Assembly: GCA_963663545.1 (NCBI GenBank)
Contig: OY760505.1
Span: 2,272,001 to 2,336,000, forward strand
Reading direction: 5' to 3'
Length of the DNA: 64,000 nt
Origin: Candidatus Delongbacteria bacterium
Lineage (GTDB): Bacteria; CAIWAD01
Position numbers and translations under genes: made by a program. Positions 30,057-39,556 of this stretch are shown here, one piece after another. The notes beneath the pieces are model-generated. The model was given only the letters and a program-made list of their open reading frames with translations, was not told the DNA's origin and searched no databases. Each line of letters opens with the position of its first letter. The stretch's first letter is position 1.

Positions 30057-32294
30057 TCACAAATTGCCGTCCAGCACGCTGCGCACCTTAGCCGCCAGCG
30101 CGCTTGAATTGAAGGGCTTCTGCAGAAAATTCACTCCTTCCTGCAGAATTCCCTTGGTGGCGATCACATTGGCCGTGTAGCCCGAAATGTAGAGCTGCCG
30201 CATGCCGGGGTGAAGACGATGCAGGCGTTCGGTCAGCTCGCGCCCATTCATCCCCGGCATCACCACATCCGAGATCAGTAGATCAATGTGGCTTTCAAGA
30301 TCGCCGGCCAGTTCCAATGCCTGATCCGGGCTCTTCGCAGCATGTACCACGTAGCCTAGCCGTTTCAGCGCCAGGCTGCCGAAGCGCAGAACGGCGGTTT
30401 CGTCCTCGACAAAAAGGATCACCTCACTTTTTCCCCGCGCGGGAACTTGTTGTTTGACCTCAACCTGCTGCGCTTCTTCAGCGTGCCTTGGCAGGTAGAT
30501 TTTGAAGGTTGTGCCCAGTCCCGGTTCGGAATAGACGTTGATGAAGCCTTCGTTCTGCTTGACAATGCCATAGACGGTGGCCAGTCCCAGTCCCGTTCCT
30601 TCTCCCTGTGCTTTGGTGGTGTAGAAGGGCTCGAATATGGTGTCCAGCTTGTCCTTCTCAATGCCGCAGCCGTTGTCGCTGAAACAGATGGCGACGTAAT
30701 CGCCGGGCACGACCTCGAATTTGTAGCCTGCAAAGGTATCGTCAAGGCTGACATTTTCGATTTCGATGCTGATCTCTCCATTTCCGCTAAGGGCGTCTCT
30801 GGAGTTCACCGCCAGGTTTGTGATGATCTGGTCAAGCTGCACCGGGTCCAGTTTGATGTTCCAGGCGCGCTCATCTGGATGCCACTTCACCTCAATATCT
30901 TCGCCAATCAGGCGCTTGACCATCTTGATGATAGTGGAGATCCTGTCGTTCAGGTTGATTACTTGCGGGGCCACTGTCTGCTTGCGCGCAAAGGCCAGCA
31001 ACTGGCAGGTCAGTGCGGCAGAGCGTTCAGCGGCGCTTCTGATCTCATCCAGAAATGCCCGCGTGTCCGACGAAAGGCTGCTGTCTTCGGCGGCAAACTC
31101 TGCATTGCCAATGATTGCCTGCAGCATGTTGTTGAAATCGTGCGCGACACCGCCGGCCAGACGACCGACCGATTCCATTTTCTGCGATTGCACTAGCTGG
31201 TCGGAGATACGGCGCTTTTCTTCCTCAGCTGTTTTGCGCCTTGTGATGTCGTTGACGGTTACTACCAGATGATCTGGAATGAAGGTGGCGTGCATCTCGC
31301 AGATAATGCTGGAGCCATCCTGGCAGGACATGCAGTACTCACCGGTGTTGACGGAGGTCCCACTGAGCCGCGCGTGATCCAAAGCCTCTTCCCACTGTCG
31401 AAGGGTTTTCTTCCTGCAGCCGGGATCAGGGAACGCTAGGGGTAGCCATTGCTGAAAGGTCTCCGCCTTGTAGCCGAACAGATGCAGCGCGGCCTGGCTC
31501 CAGTACTCGATGCTGGTGCACTTGCCGTCCAACAGTATCACCGGAAAAGGCGTGGAGTCCAGCACCGCCAGCAGTTTCTGACGGCTTTCCTGCAGGCGCT
31601 GGTTGCCGGAGTTGATGGTCTGCATCAGCTCGTTGAAGGTTCGATAGAGCAGGCCGAATTCGTTGGTGTATTCGCTTTCGATCTGTGCCAGATAATCGCC
31701 GGTTTCGATCACCAGCTTCATTTCTTCCAGCAAACCGTCGACAGGTTTGGTGATCACGCGCTGCATGTGATACGCGATGATCAGGCTTAGTATCACAAGC
31801 AGCAGGAAGGCACCGCTGAACAGGACGGCTGTCCAGAAAGTGCGCGCCCTCAATCGCTCTAGCGAATAGGCCACAACAACGCTGCCATACTCAACATTTT
31901 CGTGTGATACGCTAGAACGAATGTAGATGCTTCCATGTGATACGGGCCAGGGCTTGGACGAAAAACGCCAGACGTCGAGCTCGCTCGCTTCGCCGAAATG
32001 CAGCAGTGCTTCACCATTTGTATCACACACGTGGACACTGCGAATGCTCTCGATAACCGTGGTCTTCTGCACGATATCGGTCATTGCGGTTGAGTCCTGG
32101 AACACCACTGGCAGCACAAGGTATTCGGCCAGCAGATTGGTCTGCAGCTGAATATCCTCCAGGAACTGCTTCTTGCCATAAGCAGTGCTCTCGACGAACA
32201 GGGCGATAGCACCAACAAGCATTACAATGGCCGAGGTGGCGACAGTGAGAATTGCGATGGTATGCTTGATGGAGAGTCGCTGCAGCCACTTCAT
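30057..32294 (-). CDS. Membrane hybrid histidine kinase (periplasmic sensor-HAMP-PAS-HisKA-HATPase-REC)
   Basis: Two TM helices; 'GRLAGGVAHDFNN', 'FEPFYTTK..GEGTGLGL', C-terminal REC 'SDVVMPGMNG'. Confidence 0.93.
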   Translation of the reverse strand: MKWLQRLSIKHTIAILTVATSAIVMLVGAIALFVESTAYGKKQFLEDIQLQTNLLAEYLVLPVVFQDSTAMTDIVQKTTVIESIRSVHVCDTNGEALLHFGEASELDVWRFSSKPWPVSHGSIYIRSSVSHENVEYGSVVVAYSLERLRARTFWTAVLFSGAFLLLVILSLIIAYHMQRVITKPVDGLLEEMKLVIETGDYLAQIESEYTNEFGLLYRTFNELMQTINSGNQRLQESRQKLLAVLDSTPFPVILLDGKCTSIEYWSQAALHLFGYKAETFQQWLPLAFPDPGCRKKTLRQWEEALDHARLSGTSVNTGEYCMSCQDGSSIICEMHATFIPDHLVVTVNDITRRKTAEEEKRRISDQLVQSQKMESVGRLAGGVAHDFNNMLQAIIGNAEFAAEDSSLSSDTRAFLDEIRSAAERSAALTCQLLAFARKQTVAPQVINLNDRISTIIKMVKRLIGEDIEVKWHPDERAWNIKLDPVQLDQIITNLAVNSRDALSGNGEISIEIENVSLDDTFAGYKFEVVPGDYVAICFSDNGCGIEKDKLDTIFEPFYTTKAQGEGTGLGLATVYGIVKQNEGFINVYSEPGLGTTFKIYLPRHAEEAQQVEVKQQVPARGKSEVILFVEDETAVLRFGSLALKRLGYVVHAAKSPDQALELAGDLESHIDLLISDVVMPGMNGRELTERLHRLHPGMRQLYISGYTANVIATKGILQEGVNFLQKPFNSSALAAKVRSVLDGNL

Positions 32295-32295
32295 C

Positions 32296-32859
32296 TCAGT
32301 TTCCAATCACCTTGTCGGCCAGCTGTACCAAGCGAAAATCAATCGTCAGCTGCGAGGACTGAATCGCCCGGTAGTTGGCATCAAAACGAATGCGATGCTC
32401 AACGAGCTTCAGCCCGAAATGTGATCCAAGGCGCACACGCTCGGAGTAGGCGTCAATGACCAGCGTTCGGTCCTCATCGATCTGTTGGATGAAACGTTCG
32501 ACGTAGCTGTCAATGGGATGATCGATGTAGAGCAGATTGCAGGCAGCGGCTTGTTTGTAGCTGCTTACCGCGATAACGTGGACGGGCAGCGATTGGATAC
32601 TCGTTTCCGCCAACAAGCTCTGAAACACCTCGACCATGTTCTCATCGCCAAGCACGCCCAGGACGAAGTGCTGCTGATCGCTGGAGCCAGCGCTGTCCAG
32701 ATCCCACTGCACAAACAGACACATCTTGATGACGAAAAGCGCTTTCAGCGTATCTTCATCCGGCGTCGCCTGGGTTGCTCCAACACTCGAACAGACGAGC
32801 AGGAGCAGGCTCATCATCAAGTGCGCGACGGCGTTCTTTGTACGCGGAAACAGCTGCAT
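32296..32859 (-). CDS. YfiR/HmsC-family periplasmic protein
   Basis: Signal peptide; 'EDTLKALFVIKMCLFVQW', 'CNLLYI', 'RIRFDAN..AIQSSQLTIDFRLVQLA'. Confidence 0.82.
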   Translation of the reverse strand: MQLFPRTKNAVAHLMMSLLLLVCSSVGATQATPDEDTLKALFVIKMCLFVQWDLDSAGSSDQQHFVLGVLGDENMVEVFQSLLAETSIQSLPVHVIAVSSYKQAAACNLLYIDHPIDSYVERFIQQIDEDRTLVIDAYSERVRLGSHFGLKLVEHRIRFDANYRAIQSSQLTIDFRLVQLADKVIGN

Positions 32860-32861
32860 GC

Positions 32862-35189
32862 TTAGAATTTCAGGGAAAGGCACAGGCCAAGGGAAAGCGG
32901 TTCCTTAATGAAGCCGCATTGCCGTGGATACTGGCGCAGGTTTCCCGATTCCCAGTATTGAATGATGTAGCGCACGTGATTCACGCTGAACACGTTCATG
33001 GCGTACAGGGCAAGGCTGTAGTCCACGTGCGCATGCGTGTTGGCGTAGCTGAGTTGCAGGTTGCTGGTGAAGGAGGGGCGCGTGTAGCCCTCGTCGCGCA
33101 GTTCGTCGTAGATGGCTTGCATCCACGCTTGTTGCTCGGCGGTGCCGGAGCTGCGATGGGCGTCCATGAATTTGTCCAGCATCTCGCTTTGCCCGTAGTC
33201 CCAGAAACATCTTCCATTGAGGTGCAAGCTGAAGTGTTTGCTCAGGTTGTAATTTGAGAAGAATTTGAGCGCGTGGCCGGGCAGGTTGTTCATGCGCGAC
33301 TCAGCGAAATCCGGCAGAAAGACATCGAGGGAATCTGCGCCCATGCCGCTCAGATAGGCTTCGGTGTTCGCTGTCGGGCTCCAGGAAAGCTGATGAATGT
33401 AGGAGTAGTTCAGCCCGAAATAGAGTTGTGGTACCGAGTAGATGCCTTCCAGCTCTACGCCTGCATTTTCGAAAGTGCCTACGCGTCCGGCCGCCTGCGT
33501 CGTGCCAAGCCAGGAGACTTGCGCCACTTTGTTGTAGTAGCTGGTGGCGTTCACTTGAATACGGTCGCGAATGAAGCGCGTGTAGGAGGCCTCCAGCCCG
33601 GCGATGCGCTCGGTCTCCGCAGGCTGATCCGAAATCCTGTCCTGCGAATAGAGATTGGCGAACAGGGGCAGGCGAACCGAGTTTTGCGCTACCAGCCGCA
33701 AATGGTCGTGTTCGCTAAGCTGTGCCATTAGCGCGATGCGCGGCGAAAATGCTGGATCGGAGAATTCATGCTTGTCTGCGCGTGCCGAAATCAGCGCCAC
33801 AAGCTTTTTGCTCAGGCGCACATTGACTTCGCCGAAGGCCGCCGTCTGGTAGCCGTCAATGCGCTCTTCGGCGACCGTGATCGTGGTGGAGTCGTGCAGC
33901 CGCTGATAGAACTGCGAGCTCTCTTCCAACACCGTGTAGCCGAGTGGACTCTGGAATCGATAGAGGAAGGTATTGTCGTCTTCGCCCCATTCCGGCCCGT
34001 ACCATTGGTACTCGGCCTCGACGCCGAGCGAATATTTGATCCGCCTGTGTCGCTGAGAGCTGAACAGGCTCTGGAAGAAGAGGCTGTTTTCGCTGAAGCT
34101 GGCGCTGCGCTGTAGGATGTGATCGTGCGGATAATCGAGTCTGAACACTCCTGCCACATCGCGATAACTCTTGCTGTCGAAGCTCAGGGTGTTGCGTAGT
34201 TCCAGATGCTGACCCGGGTTGGCGCTGTGCCCCGCCGTCAGTGCAAGGCTCTGGCCCTGAATACCGGTGAAGCCGGGTCCGTCGGCAAACACGGTTTCCT
34301 GAATCTGCTTAGTATGGCTGAAGGAGGTGTAGCGCAACCAGCCGAAGAGCTTCTCGTGCTGAAAATCCAGATTCAGCTTGAGTTGCGGCTGCGCGTCAAA
34401 GTCCTCCAGTGTGTTGGGAGCTGCGCTTCCCCTGTCGTTCTCACCCCAGTCGACGTCCATGTAGCCGTAGCCGCAGTTCTCGCCCCAACAGACGTAGTAG
34501 AAGTCCGGATCTTCGATGCCGCGACTGCGACTGTATGAGGCATTGGCGTGCACTTGCAGAGGCGCTTTTTCGCTTTGGTACTCCACGAAGACATTGGTGT
34601 AGCGATAGCCCAGGTTTTGCTGGGTGCGAACGCGCACTCCAGGTTGGATGCTGGCCGCTGTTCGTGTTTTGATATTGATCACGCCGCCAATAGCGCCGGG
34701 GCCGTAGGTGACGGAGCCGGGGCCGCGAATGATTTCGATCTCCTCGATGTCATTCAATTCCCTGTTTTCAAGCTCATATTGCGGACCCTGCAGCATGCGC
34801 AGGTTCATGTTGCGGCCATTCACCAGCAGCAGGAAGCTGTAGTTCTGGTCGCCCAGAATGCCGCGAAAGCCGATGCGCGGACCCATGTAGTGATCGACGT
34901 AGGTGGCGCCGGGAACGTAAATCTCGATCAGATCCAGCAGATTCCGCGCGGGCGTTGTGCGAATCATTTCGCGAGTGATTACCGTGTGGGCGACGGGGGC
35001 GTCGATGCGTTGTGTGCCTGTAATCGAGCCGGTGTAGACTTCGACTTCCATCAGGTCTTCGAGAGAGAGAGACAAGAGGCTGTCCGGCAGTTCGTTTGCC
35101 CGAAGAGTACTCGTGATACAGCCAAGGAGAAGCGCAACAAGCAGGATGCAGTGCAAGCGGGCGGCGCGCATGGGGCGAAATCGCGGCAT
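32862..35189 (-). CDS. TonB-dependent receptor
   Basis: RBS GGAGG; 'LSLEDLMEVEV', plug motifs 'LLLVNG', 'IEIIRGPGSVTYG.GAIGGVINIKT'; terminal Phe. Confidence 0.92.
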   Translation of the reverse strand: MPRFRPMRAARLHCILLVALLLGCITSTLRANELPDSLLSLSLEDLMEVEVYTGSITGTQRIDAPVAHTVITREMIRTTPARNLLDLIEIYVPGATYVDHYMGPRIGFRGILGDQNYSFLLLVNGRNMNLRMLQGPQYELENRELNDIEEIEIIRGPGSVTYGPGAIGGVINIKTRTAASIQPGVRVRTQQNLGYRYTNVFVEYQSEKAPLQVHANASYSRSRGIEDPDFYYVCWGENCGYGYMDVDWGENDRGSAAPNTLEDFDAQPQLKLNLDFQHEKLFGWLRYTSFSHTKQIQETVFADGPGFTGIQGQSLALTAGHSANPGQHLELRNTLSFDSKSYRDVAGVFRLDYPHDHILQRSASFSENSLFFQSLFSSQRHRRIKYSLGVEAEYQWYGPEWGEDDNTFLYRFQSPLGYTVLEESSQFYQRLHDSTTITVAEERIDGYQTAAFGEVNVRLSKKLVALISARADKHEFSDPAFSPRIALMAQLSEHDHLRLVAQNSVRLPLFANLYSQDRISDQPAETERIAGLEASYTRFIRDRIQVNATSYYNKVAQVSWLGTTQAAGRVGTFENAGVELEGIYSVPQLYFGLNYSYIHQLSWSPTANTEAYLSGMGADSLDVFLPDFAESRMNNLPGHALKFFSNYNLSKHFSLHLNGRCFWDYGQSEMLDKFMDAHRSSGTAEQQAWMQAIYDELRDEGYTRPSFTSNLQLSYANTHAHVDYSLALYAMNVFSVNHVRYIIQYWESGNLRQYPRQCGFIKEPLSLGLCLSLKF

Positions 35190-35340
35190 GGTGCCTCCGT
35201 AAACTCGGGATAGCAGAGCCGTTTCCCAGGGCAAGAGTATCGGTGTTTTTGCGGGCCAACCAAAGGCAAAAGGCCGGTTTCTTGCAGATTGAGTGCTGAA
35301 GAGGAAATGGTGTTCGCGCGATAGGGAGCGGGTTTTTGTT

Positions 35341-35388
35341 GTGAACCGAATTGGTTGAAAATGAGGCGATTCAACCAAAAGGGTTGAA
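35341..35388. promoter_or_regulatory. Paired palindromic sites (TTCAACC-N5-GGTTGAA) upstream of satD
   Basis: GTGAACC-GAATT-GGTTGAA (35341-35359) and TTCAACC-AAAAG-GGTTGAA (35370-35388). Confidence 0.65.
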
Positions 35389-35418
35389 TTTCTTCGGGGA
35401 CACTCGTATTATCAACAC

Positions 35419-36057
35419 ATGAATTTCATCGGAATCATTGCGGACATTGCTGCCTCCCGCATTGTGAGTGCGCGCTCGCAGTTGCAGGAGAAACTCTATC
35501 ACACCCTAGAGGAGATCAACAATCGCAGGGGTTTGGCACTGGCGTCGCCCTTCACTATCACTTTGGGAGACGAGTTCCAGGCGCTGTATAGAGCCCCTGC
35601 AGGGCTTTTTGCCGACCTGTGGAAGATCTCTGCAAGCTTGCACCCGGTGAAGATTCGGTACTCTGTTGCAGCGGGTTCCTTATCGACTGCTGTCAACGAA
35701 GAGCAGGCTCTGGGCATGGATGGCCCCGTTTTTTATACCGCACGTGATTGCCTTGCAGTGGCGAAAGAGCAGAAGCTCATGTTCCACCTGGGGGGGAAGA
35801 TTCCCTCTCTGGACTTGATCAATGACGCCCTTGGGTTGGTTGCCCATCATGCTCGAAACTGGAGTGGTAATCGTCTGGCAATCGTGGCGGATTTGAGCGA
35901 AGGCAAGCCAGTAAAGGAGATTGCTCAAGCAATAGGAATCTCTGAGAGCGCTGTCTATAAAAACATCAACGCTGCTGCTTTAGATACAGTAGTAGCCTTG
36001 ACGCGCGGCATCGAGAGCAGTCTGAATCAGGCCTTGGAGAACAGCGAAAGATGCTGA
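35419..36057 (+). CDS. SatD-family protein with C-terminal HTH
   Basis: 'IIADIAASR', 'FTITLGDEFQ', 'GMDGPVFYTAR', C-terminal 'KEIAQAIGISESAV'. Confidence 0.82.
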   Translation: MNFIGIIADIAASRIVSARSQLQEKLYHTLEEINNRRGLALASPFTITLGDEFQALYRAPAGLFADLWKISASLHPVKIRYSVAAGSLSTAVNEEQALGMDGPVFYTARDCLAVAKEQKLMFHLGGKIPSLDLINDALGLVAHHARNWSGNRLAIVADLSEGKPVKEIAQAIGISESAVYKNINAAALDTVVALTRGIESSLNQALENSERC

Positions 36058-36821
36058 TTTTCCTATATCTACTTAATGTCCTGCTTCTTTCACGGGCAGT
36101 TTGGATTTTTGCCGACGGTCCGGTTCGATTTCCGGTGATGATTGTCGGAGCTACTTTTCAGCTGCTCGCCCTACTCCCGCTCCAGATAAACTGGACTACT
36201 GTTCCGTTGCTGGTGGGTGGACTGTTGCTCAATCTGCTCAGCTTTGTATTGGACGGACGCCTGCATGAGCCGGGTCATCGCACCTTTGCACGCATAGTAA
36301 TTCTGGTTTGCTGGCTACTTCTGCTAGCGCTAGTCTGTTCAAATCGGTTTGACCTTGCTTTTAGTTTCTGGGCTTTACGGGTTGTTGATGGGCTGATCGC
36401 TGCGTTCGATGGATTGGGGCAGGTCGATAGCCAGTGCCTTCAAGCACTGCTTGGCTGTTCCGCCGGAGTTCTTCTTGCCGTTGCGGAATCGCACGTGGTG
36501 ATTCGCTTCTTCTTTCACGCTCTACAAGTGAAGCCGACGATGCAGATCGGTGATGATTCCACTGCTCCGTCGATCGACCAGGTGGAATACAATCGCGGCA
36601 GAGTGATCGGCGCCCTGGAGCGGATTCTCTGCTATTTCCTTGTGCTACAAGGTGCCTATAGTGCACTGGGTTTCTTGATTGCTGCCAAAGGCATGACCAG
36701 ATTCAAGCAGCTCGACAATCGCGAGTTTGCAGAGTACTTCCTGATCGGGACCTTGCTTTCCGTTCTGCTTGCCGGTATGGTTGCCTTATTGGTTCGCAGC
36801 CTACTCGGGTTCTTGCACTAA
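36051..36821 (+). CDS. Membrane protein, DUF3307-like partner of SatD
   Basis: Several TM helices; 'GRVIGALER', 'GFLIAAKGMTRF', 'EYFLIGTLLS'. Confidence 0.78.
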   Translation: MLIFLYLLNVLLLSRAVWIFADGPVRFPVMIVGATFQLLALLPLQINWTTVPLLVGGLLLNLLSFVLDGRLHEPGHRTFARIVILVCWLLLLALVCSNRFDLAFSFWALRVVDGLIAAFDGLGQVDSQCLQALLGCSAGVLLAVAESHVVIRFFFHALQVKPTMQIGDDSTAPSIDQVEYNRGRVIGALERILCYFLVLQGAYSALGFLIAAKGMTRFKQLDNREFAEYFLIGTLLSVLLAGMVALLVRSLLGFLH

Positions 36822-36839
36822 GGCAGAGAGGATTGACTA

Positions 36840-36887
36840 GTCAACCACTTCAGGTAAAACAGCGCATCTTCAACCGATTCGGTTGAG
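36840..36887. promoter_or_regulatory. Second pair of TTCAACC-N5-GGTTGA sites, downstream of the SatD cassette
   Basis: Weak GTCAACC-ACTTC-AGGTAAA (36840-36858) and TTCAACC-GATTC-GGTTGAG (36869-36887); same 29-bp offset as the upstream pair. Confidence 0.55.
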
Positions 36888-37027
36888 ATTGTAGTGCGTC
36901 GCGTACGGGTACACAACGACGGCATTCAACATGAACGCTTTGCAGCAAACCCTCACTTTCCTGCTTCTTCTTTTCGCCGCCTGCACCGCGCACCGCATCC
37001 CGCTGGGAGCGACTAAACTCAGCCGAC

Positions 37028-37537
37028 ATGGAGGGGAAAATGGACGACTTCGGCAGCCTGCGCTTTCGCCCCTTTGAGGAAAGCGATGTGGCTGTGTTTA
37101 CGCCACTTATGAAACGTGCGTTCGACGACGACACACAGCGGCATCTGGGCGAAGCGGTCGGCGGCCCTCCCGGCTACGACAACGGCGACTTCCTGCGCAA
37201 CTACGCTCTGCACCAGGCCAGCACAGCCTTTGCCGTATATCATGAGCAAGAGCCGCTGGGAGTAGTGATTGTCTGGATCCGCCCTGATGACGAGAATTTT
37301 CTGGGCTGCCTTTTTGTCGATCCGGACTTTGGTGGCCGAGGCTTTGGCCTTGCCATCTGGCGCTTCGTTGAGGCCCGTTTTCCGCAGACGCGCGTCTGGC
37401 GAACCGAGACGCCGGGCTTTTCCACCAGCAATCACGCCTTCTACGTGAACAAGTGCGGCTTTCACATCGTGAAGATCGAGCACGCGCGCGACCGGCGTGA
37501 GGCGAGTTATCTCATGGAAAAACAAATGAACAAATGA
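37028..37537 (+). CDS. GNAT-family N-acetyltransferase
   Basis: 'LFVDPDFGGRGFG' acetyl-CoA motif; 'NHAFYVNKCGF'. Confidence 0.87.
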   Translation: MEGKMDDFGSLRFRPFEESDVAVFTPLMKRAFDDDTQRHLGEAVGGPPGYDNGDFLRNYALHQASTAFAVYHEQEPLGVVIVWIRPDDENFLGCLFVDPDFGGRGFGLAIWRFVEARFPQTRVWRTETPGFSTSNHAFYVNKCGFHIVKIEHARDRREASYLMEKQMNK

Positions 37538-37621
37538 GGCGCGGAGTTCAGGTCAGACCAAGACGGCGACCTGTTATCGTCGGCCCGAAAGAGAAGCATC
37601 AAGCAGAACAAGGGAGGTATT

Positions 37622-37801
37622 ATGTTGGCAGAACTGATCGGCCACAATGTTGAAGTGTACTGCAGCGCCTTGAGTATTTTCGCCCTGCCGGTAGATGGAG
37701 TGGTGGAGGCGCAGTCCGCTGAATGGCTGACCTTGCGTCGTGGCAAGAAGACCGAATTGCTGCGTGTTGACAAGATCATCCGGATTCGAGTGCTCAGTTA
37801 A
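37622..37801 (+). CDS. Small hypothetical protein (59 aa), absent from the ORF track
   Basis: Strong RBS GGGAGG 5' of ATG; MLAELIGHNVEVYCSALSIFALPVDGVVEAQSAEWLTLRRGKKTELLRVDKIIRIRVLS*. Confidence 0.65.
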   Translation: MLAELIGHNVEVYCSALSIFALPVDGVVEAQSAEWLTLRRGKKTELLRVDKIIRIRVLS

Positions 37802-37874
37802 GCGCCTGAGGATCCGAGAACTCCTGCCGCTTCTTTGCCGATAGTAGGAGTTCACTGAATCGACAGGAGTCCAC

Positions 37875-38492
37875 ATGAGCACCCTTCTCAACGCCACCAG
37901 CCAGATCGATGAGGCCGCTCTGCGCGCCATCGCCCACATGCCCACGAAGAGCGTGGCGACTCTGGCGGACGAGGCCTTTCTGCGCAAGCTGAGCGACGCC
38001 GATTTTATGCGCATTGCCGTACTGCTGGCGCAAAAGAGCTACGACGAAGGCGGCTGTCCCATTGGTGCGGTAATCGTCGACAACGAGACCCGCTGCATCG
38101 TGGGCAAAGGACACAACACGCTGGTGCAGGAATCCCACCCCTACAACCACGGCGAGACCTCGGCGATCCGCGACGCTGGCCGTCAGGACTTCAGCCGCAC
38201 CACCATCTTCACCAGCCTGAGTCCCTGCGATGTTTGCGCCACCCTTATCTACATGCGCGGGTTCGCGCGCGTCGTCGTGGGCGATGTCACCAGCGCGTCC
38301 GGCAACGAAAGCCTGCTGCGTGAAAAGGGCATTCGTGTGGACATTCTCGAGGACGCGCACGGCATCGAACTCTACGCCCGCTATCGCAGCGAAAAGCCCG
38401 AGTTGGATCTGGAAGACTGGCGCGGGCTGAGTGCAGTGTGTCCTTCTGACAAGGGAGAGACAGCTTGCACCAATACCAGGGAAATCGCATGA
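37875..38492 (+). CDS. Nucleoside/cytosine deaminase (CDA fold)
   Basis: 'PIGAV', 'HGE', 'LSPCDVC' zinc motif. Confidence 0.9.
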   Translation: MSTLLNATSQIDEAALRAIAHMPTKSVATLADEAFLRKLSDADFMRIAVLLAQKSYDEGGCPIGAVIVDNETRCIVGKGHNTLVQESHPYNHGETSAIRDAGRQDFSRTTIFTSLSPCDVCATLIYMRGFARVVVGDVTSASGNESLLREKGIRVDILEDAHGIELYARYRSEKPELDLEDWRGLSAVCPSDKGETACTNTREIA

Positions 38493-38959
38493 AGAATGCA
38501 ATCAAGTTTTTGTTTCCGCTGCTCTTGGCTTTTGTAACAAGTGTGACCTTTGCCACGCCGCGCCAGCTGAATTCCTTTACCGAATTGCTGGACGCGCTAT
38601 CCGGCGGCGAAAGCGTGCGCGTGGTCATTCACTACGGCGACTGCACGCTGATGCTGGATGGCGAAGAGGTCGAAGCGCCCGACGCCATTGGCGGCATGGA
38701 GATCGGCAACTTCGAGTACTTCGCGCCGGGCTTTGCGGGCATGGAGCAAGGCTGGCTCAGTTTCAGCAGCACCAGTCTGGTCCAAATGAAGGACACGGTC
38801 TACAACTACGTCAAGTTTCGCGTATACGATGACGGCCGCGTGCACATCGTCGCCCGTTACCTGAAGCCGCGCAATTACAAAATTGTAATGAACGAGACCT
38901 TCCTGACGACCATCAACAACGGAGCCAACGATGGCGCGATCCGCTTCTTCCTGCCATAG
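38489..38959 (+). CDS. VirK/YbjX-like exported protein
   Basis: Signal peptide; 'FTELLDALSGGESVRVVIHYGDC' resembles the VirK family. Confidence 0.55.
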   Translation: MKNAIKFLFPLLLAFVTSVTFATPRQLNSFTELLDALSGGESVRVVIHYGDCTLMLDGEEVEAPDAIGGMEIGNFEYFAPGFAGMEQGWLSFSSTSLVQMKDTVYNYVKFRVYDDGRVHIVARYLKPRNYKIVMNETFLTTINNGANDGAIRFFLP

Positions 38960-39362
38960 CGCACTTCTACTGGGCTTGCTAATTCTGCTTGGCGCCTGCG
39001 GTAAAACGCCCGATTCTGCTGGCACGCAGAGCTCGCCCGAGCAGGTGACAATTCAAGCTTTCGATTTCAGCGGCGAGTGGACCACAACCCTTCCCGCTGC
39101 GGATAGCGCTGGTCGCATTCTCTACCTCAGCTTGAGCGAAGGTGGAGATCTGCGTCTGCTGGTGGACTACCAGAACGATCAGGATCCCGTTGAGGAGCTG
39201 GGTAGCTGGAAGCAGGATAGCGAGCGAAGCTGTTCTTTGCAATTGGGCGAGACGCCGTGTAACTACATGATTCTCGAGGCGCACGGAGACAGCTTGGTTG
39301 TTGTGGATCGCAACCCGGTGAATTGGGGAAGCAGCCCATTTAGCTTTGTGCGTCAGAAATAA
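38931..39362 (+). CDS. Lipoprotein, NlpE N-terminal-like
   Basis: Lipobox 'LGAC'; 'SGEWTTTLPAADSAGR...L' resembles the NlpE 'G.Y.G.LPCADC.G' motif without the cysteines. Confidence 0.55.
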   Translation: MARSASSCHSALLLGLLILLGACGKTPDSAGTQSSPEQVTIQAFDFSGEWTTTLPAADSAGRILYLSLSEGGDLRLLVDYQNDQDPVEELGSWKQDSERSCSLQLGETPCNYMILEAHGDSLVVVDRNPVNWGSSPFSFVRQK

Positions 39363-39556
39363 CACATAGTTGTCGCTTGATTTCTGTTCAGGATCGGGCG
39401 CAGAGAACTCCCGAAGTCCGTCTTAACAAAGAGTAACGCATTAATTCTATATGAAATGGGAGCCAGCTTTGAGCTGGCTTCATTTTTGCAAAGTCGGGGC
39501 GAACCTTCAGCCCGTCAGGGCTTTCCATGAGTGAACCGACAAGCAAGGAAAGCTGC

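Noticed and set aside
36931..37077. 48-codon ORF with a lipobox-like 'LFAAC'
   Set aside because: No clear RBS, and it runs out of frame into the GNAT gene. It may be a gene remnant but is unsupported.
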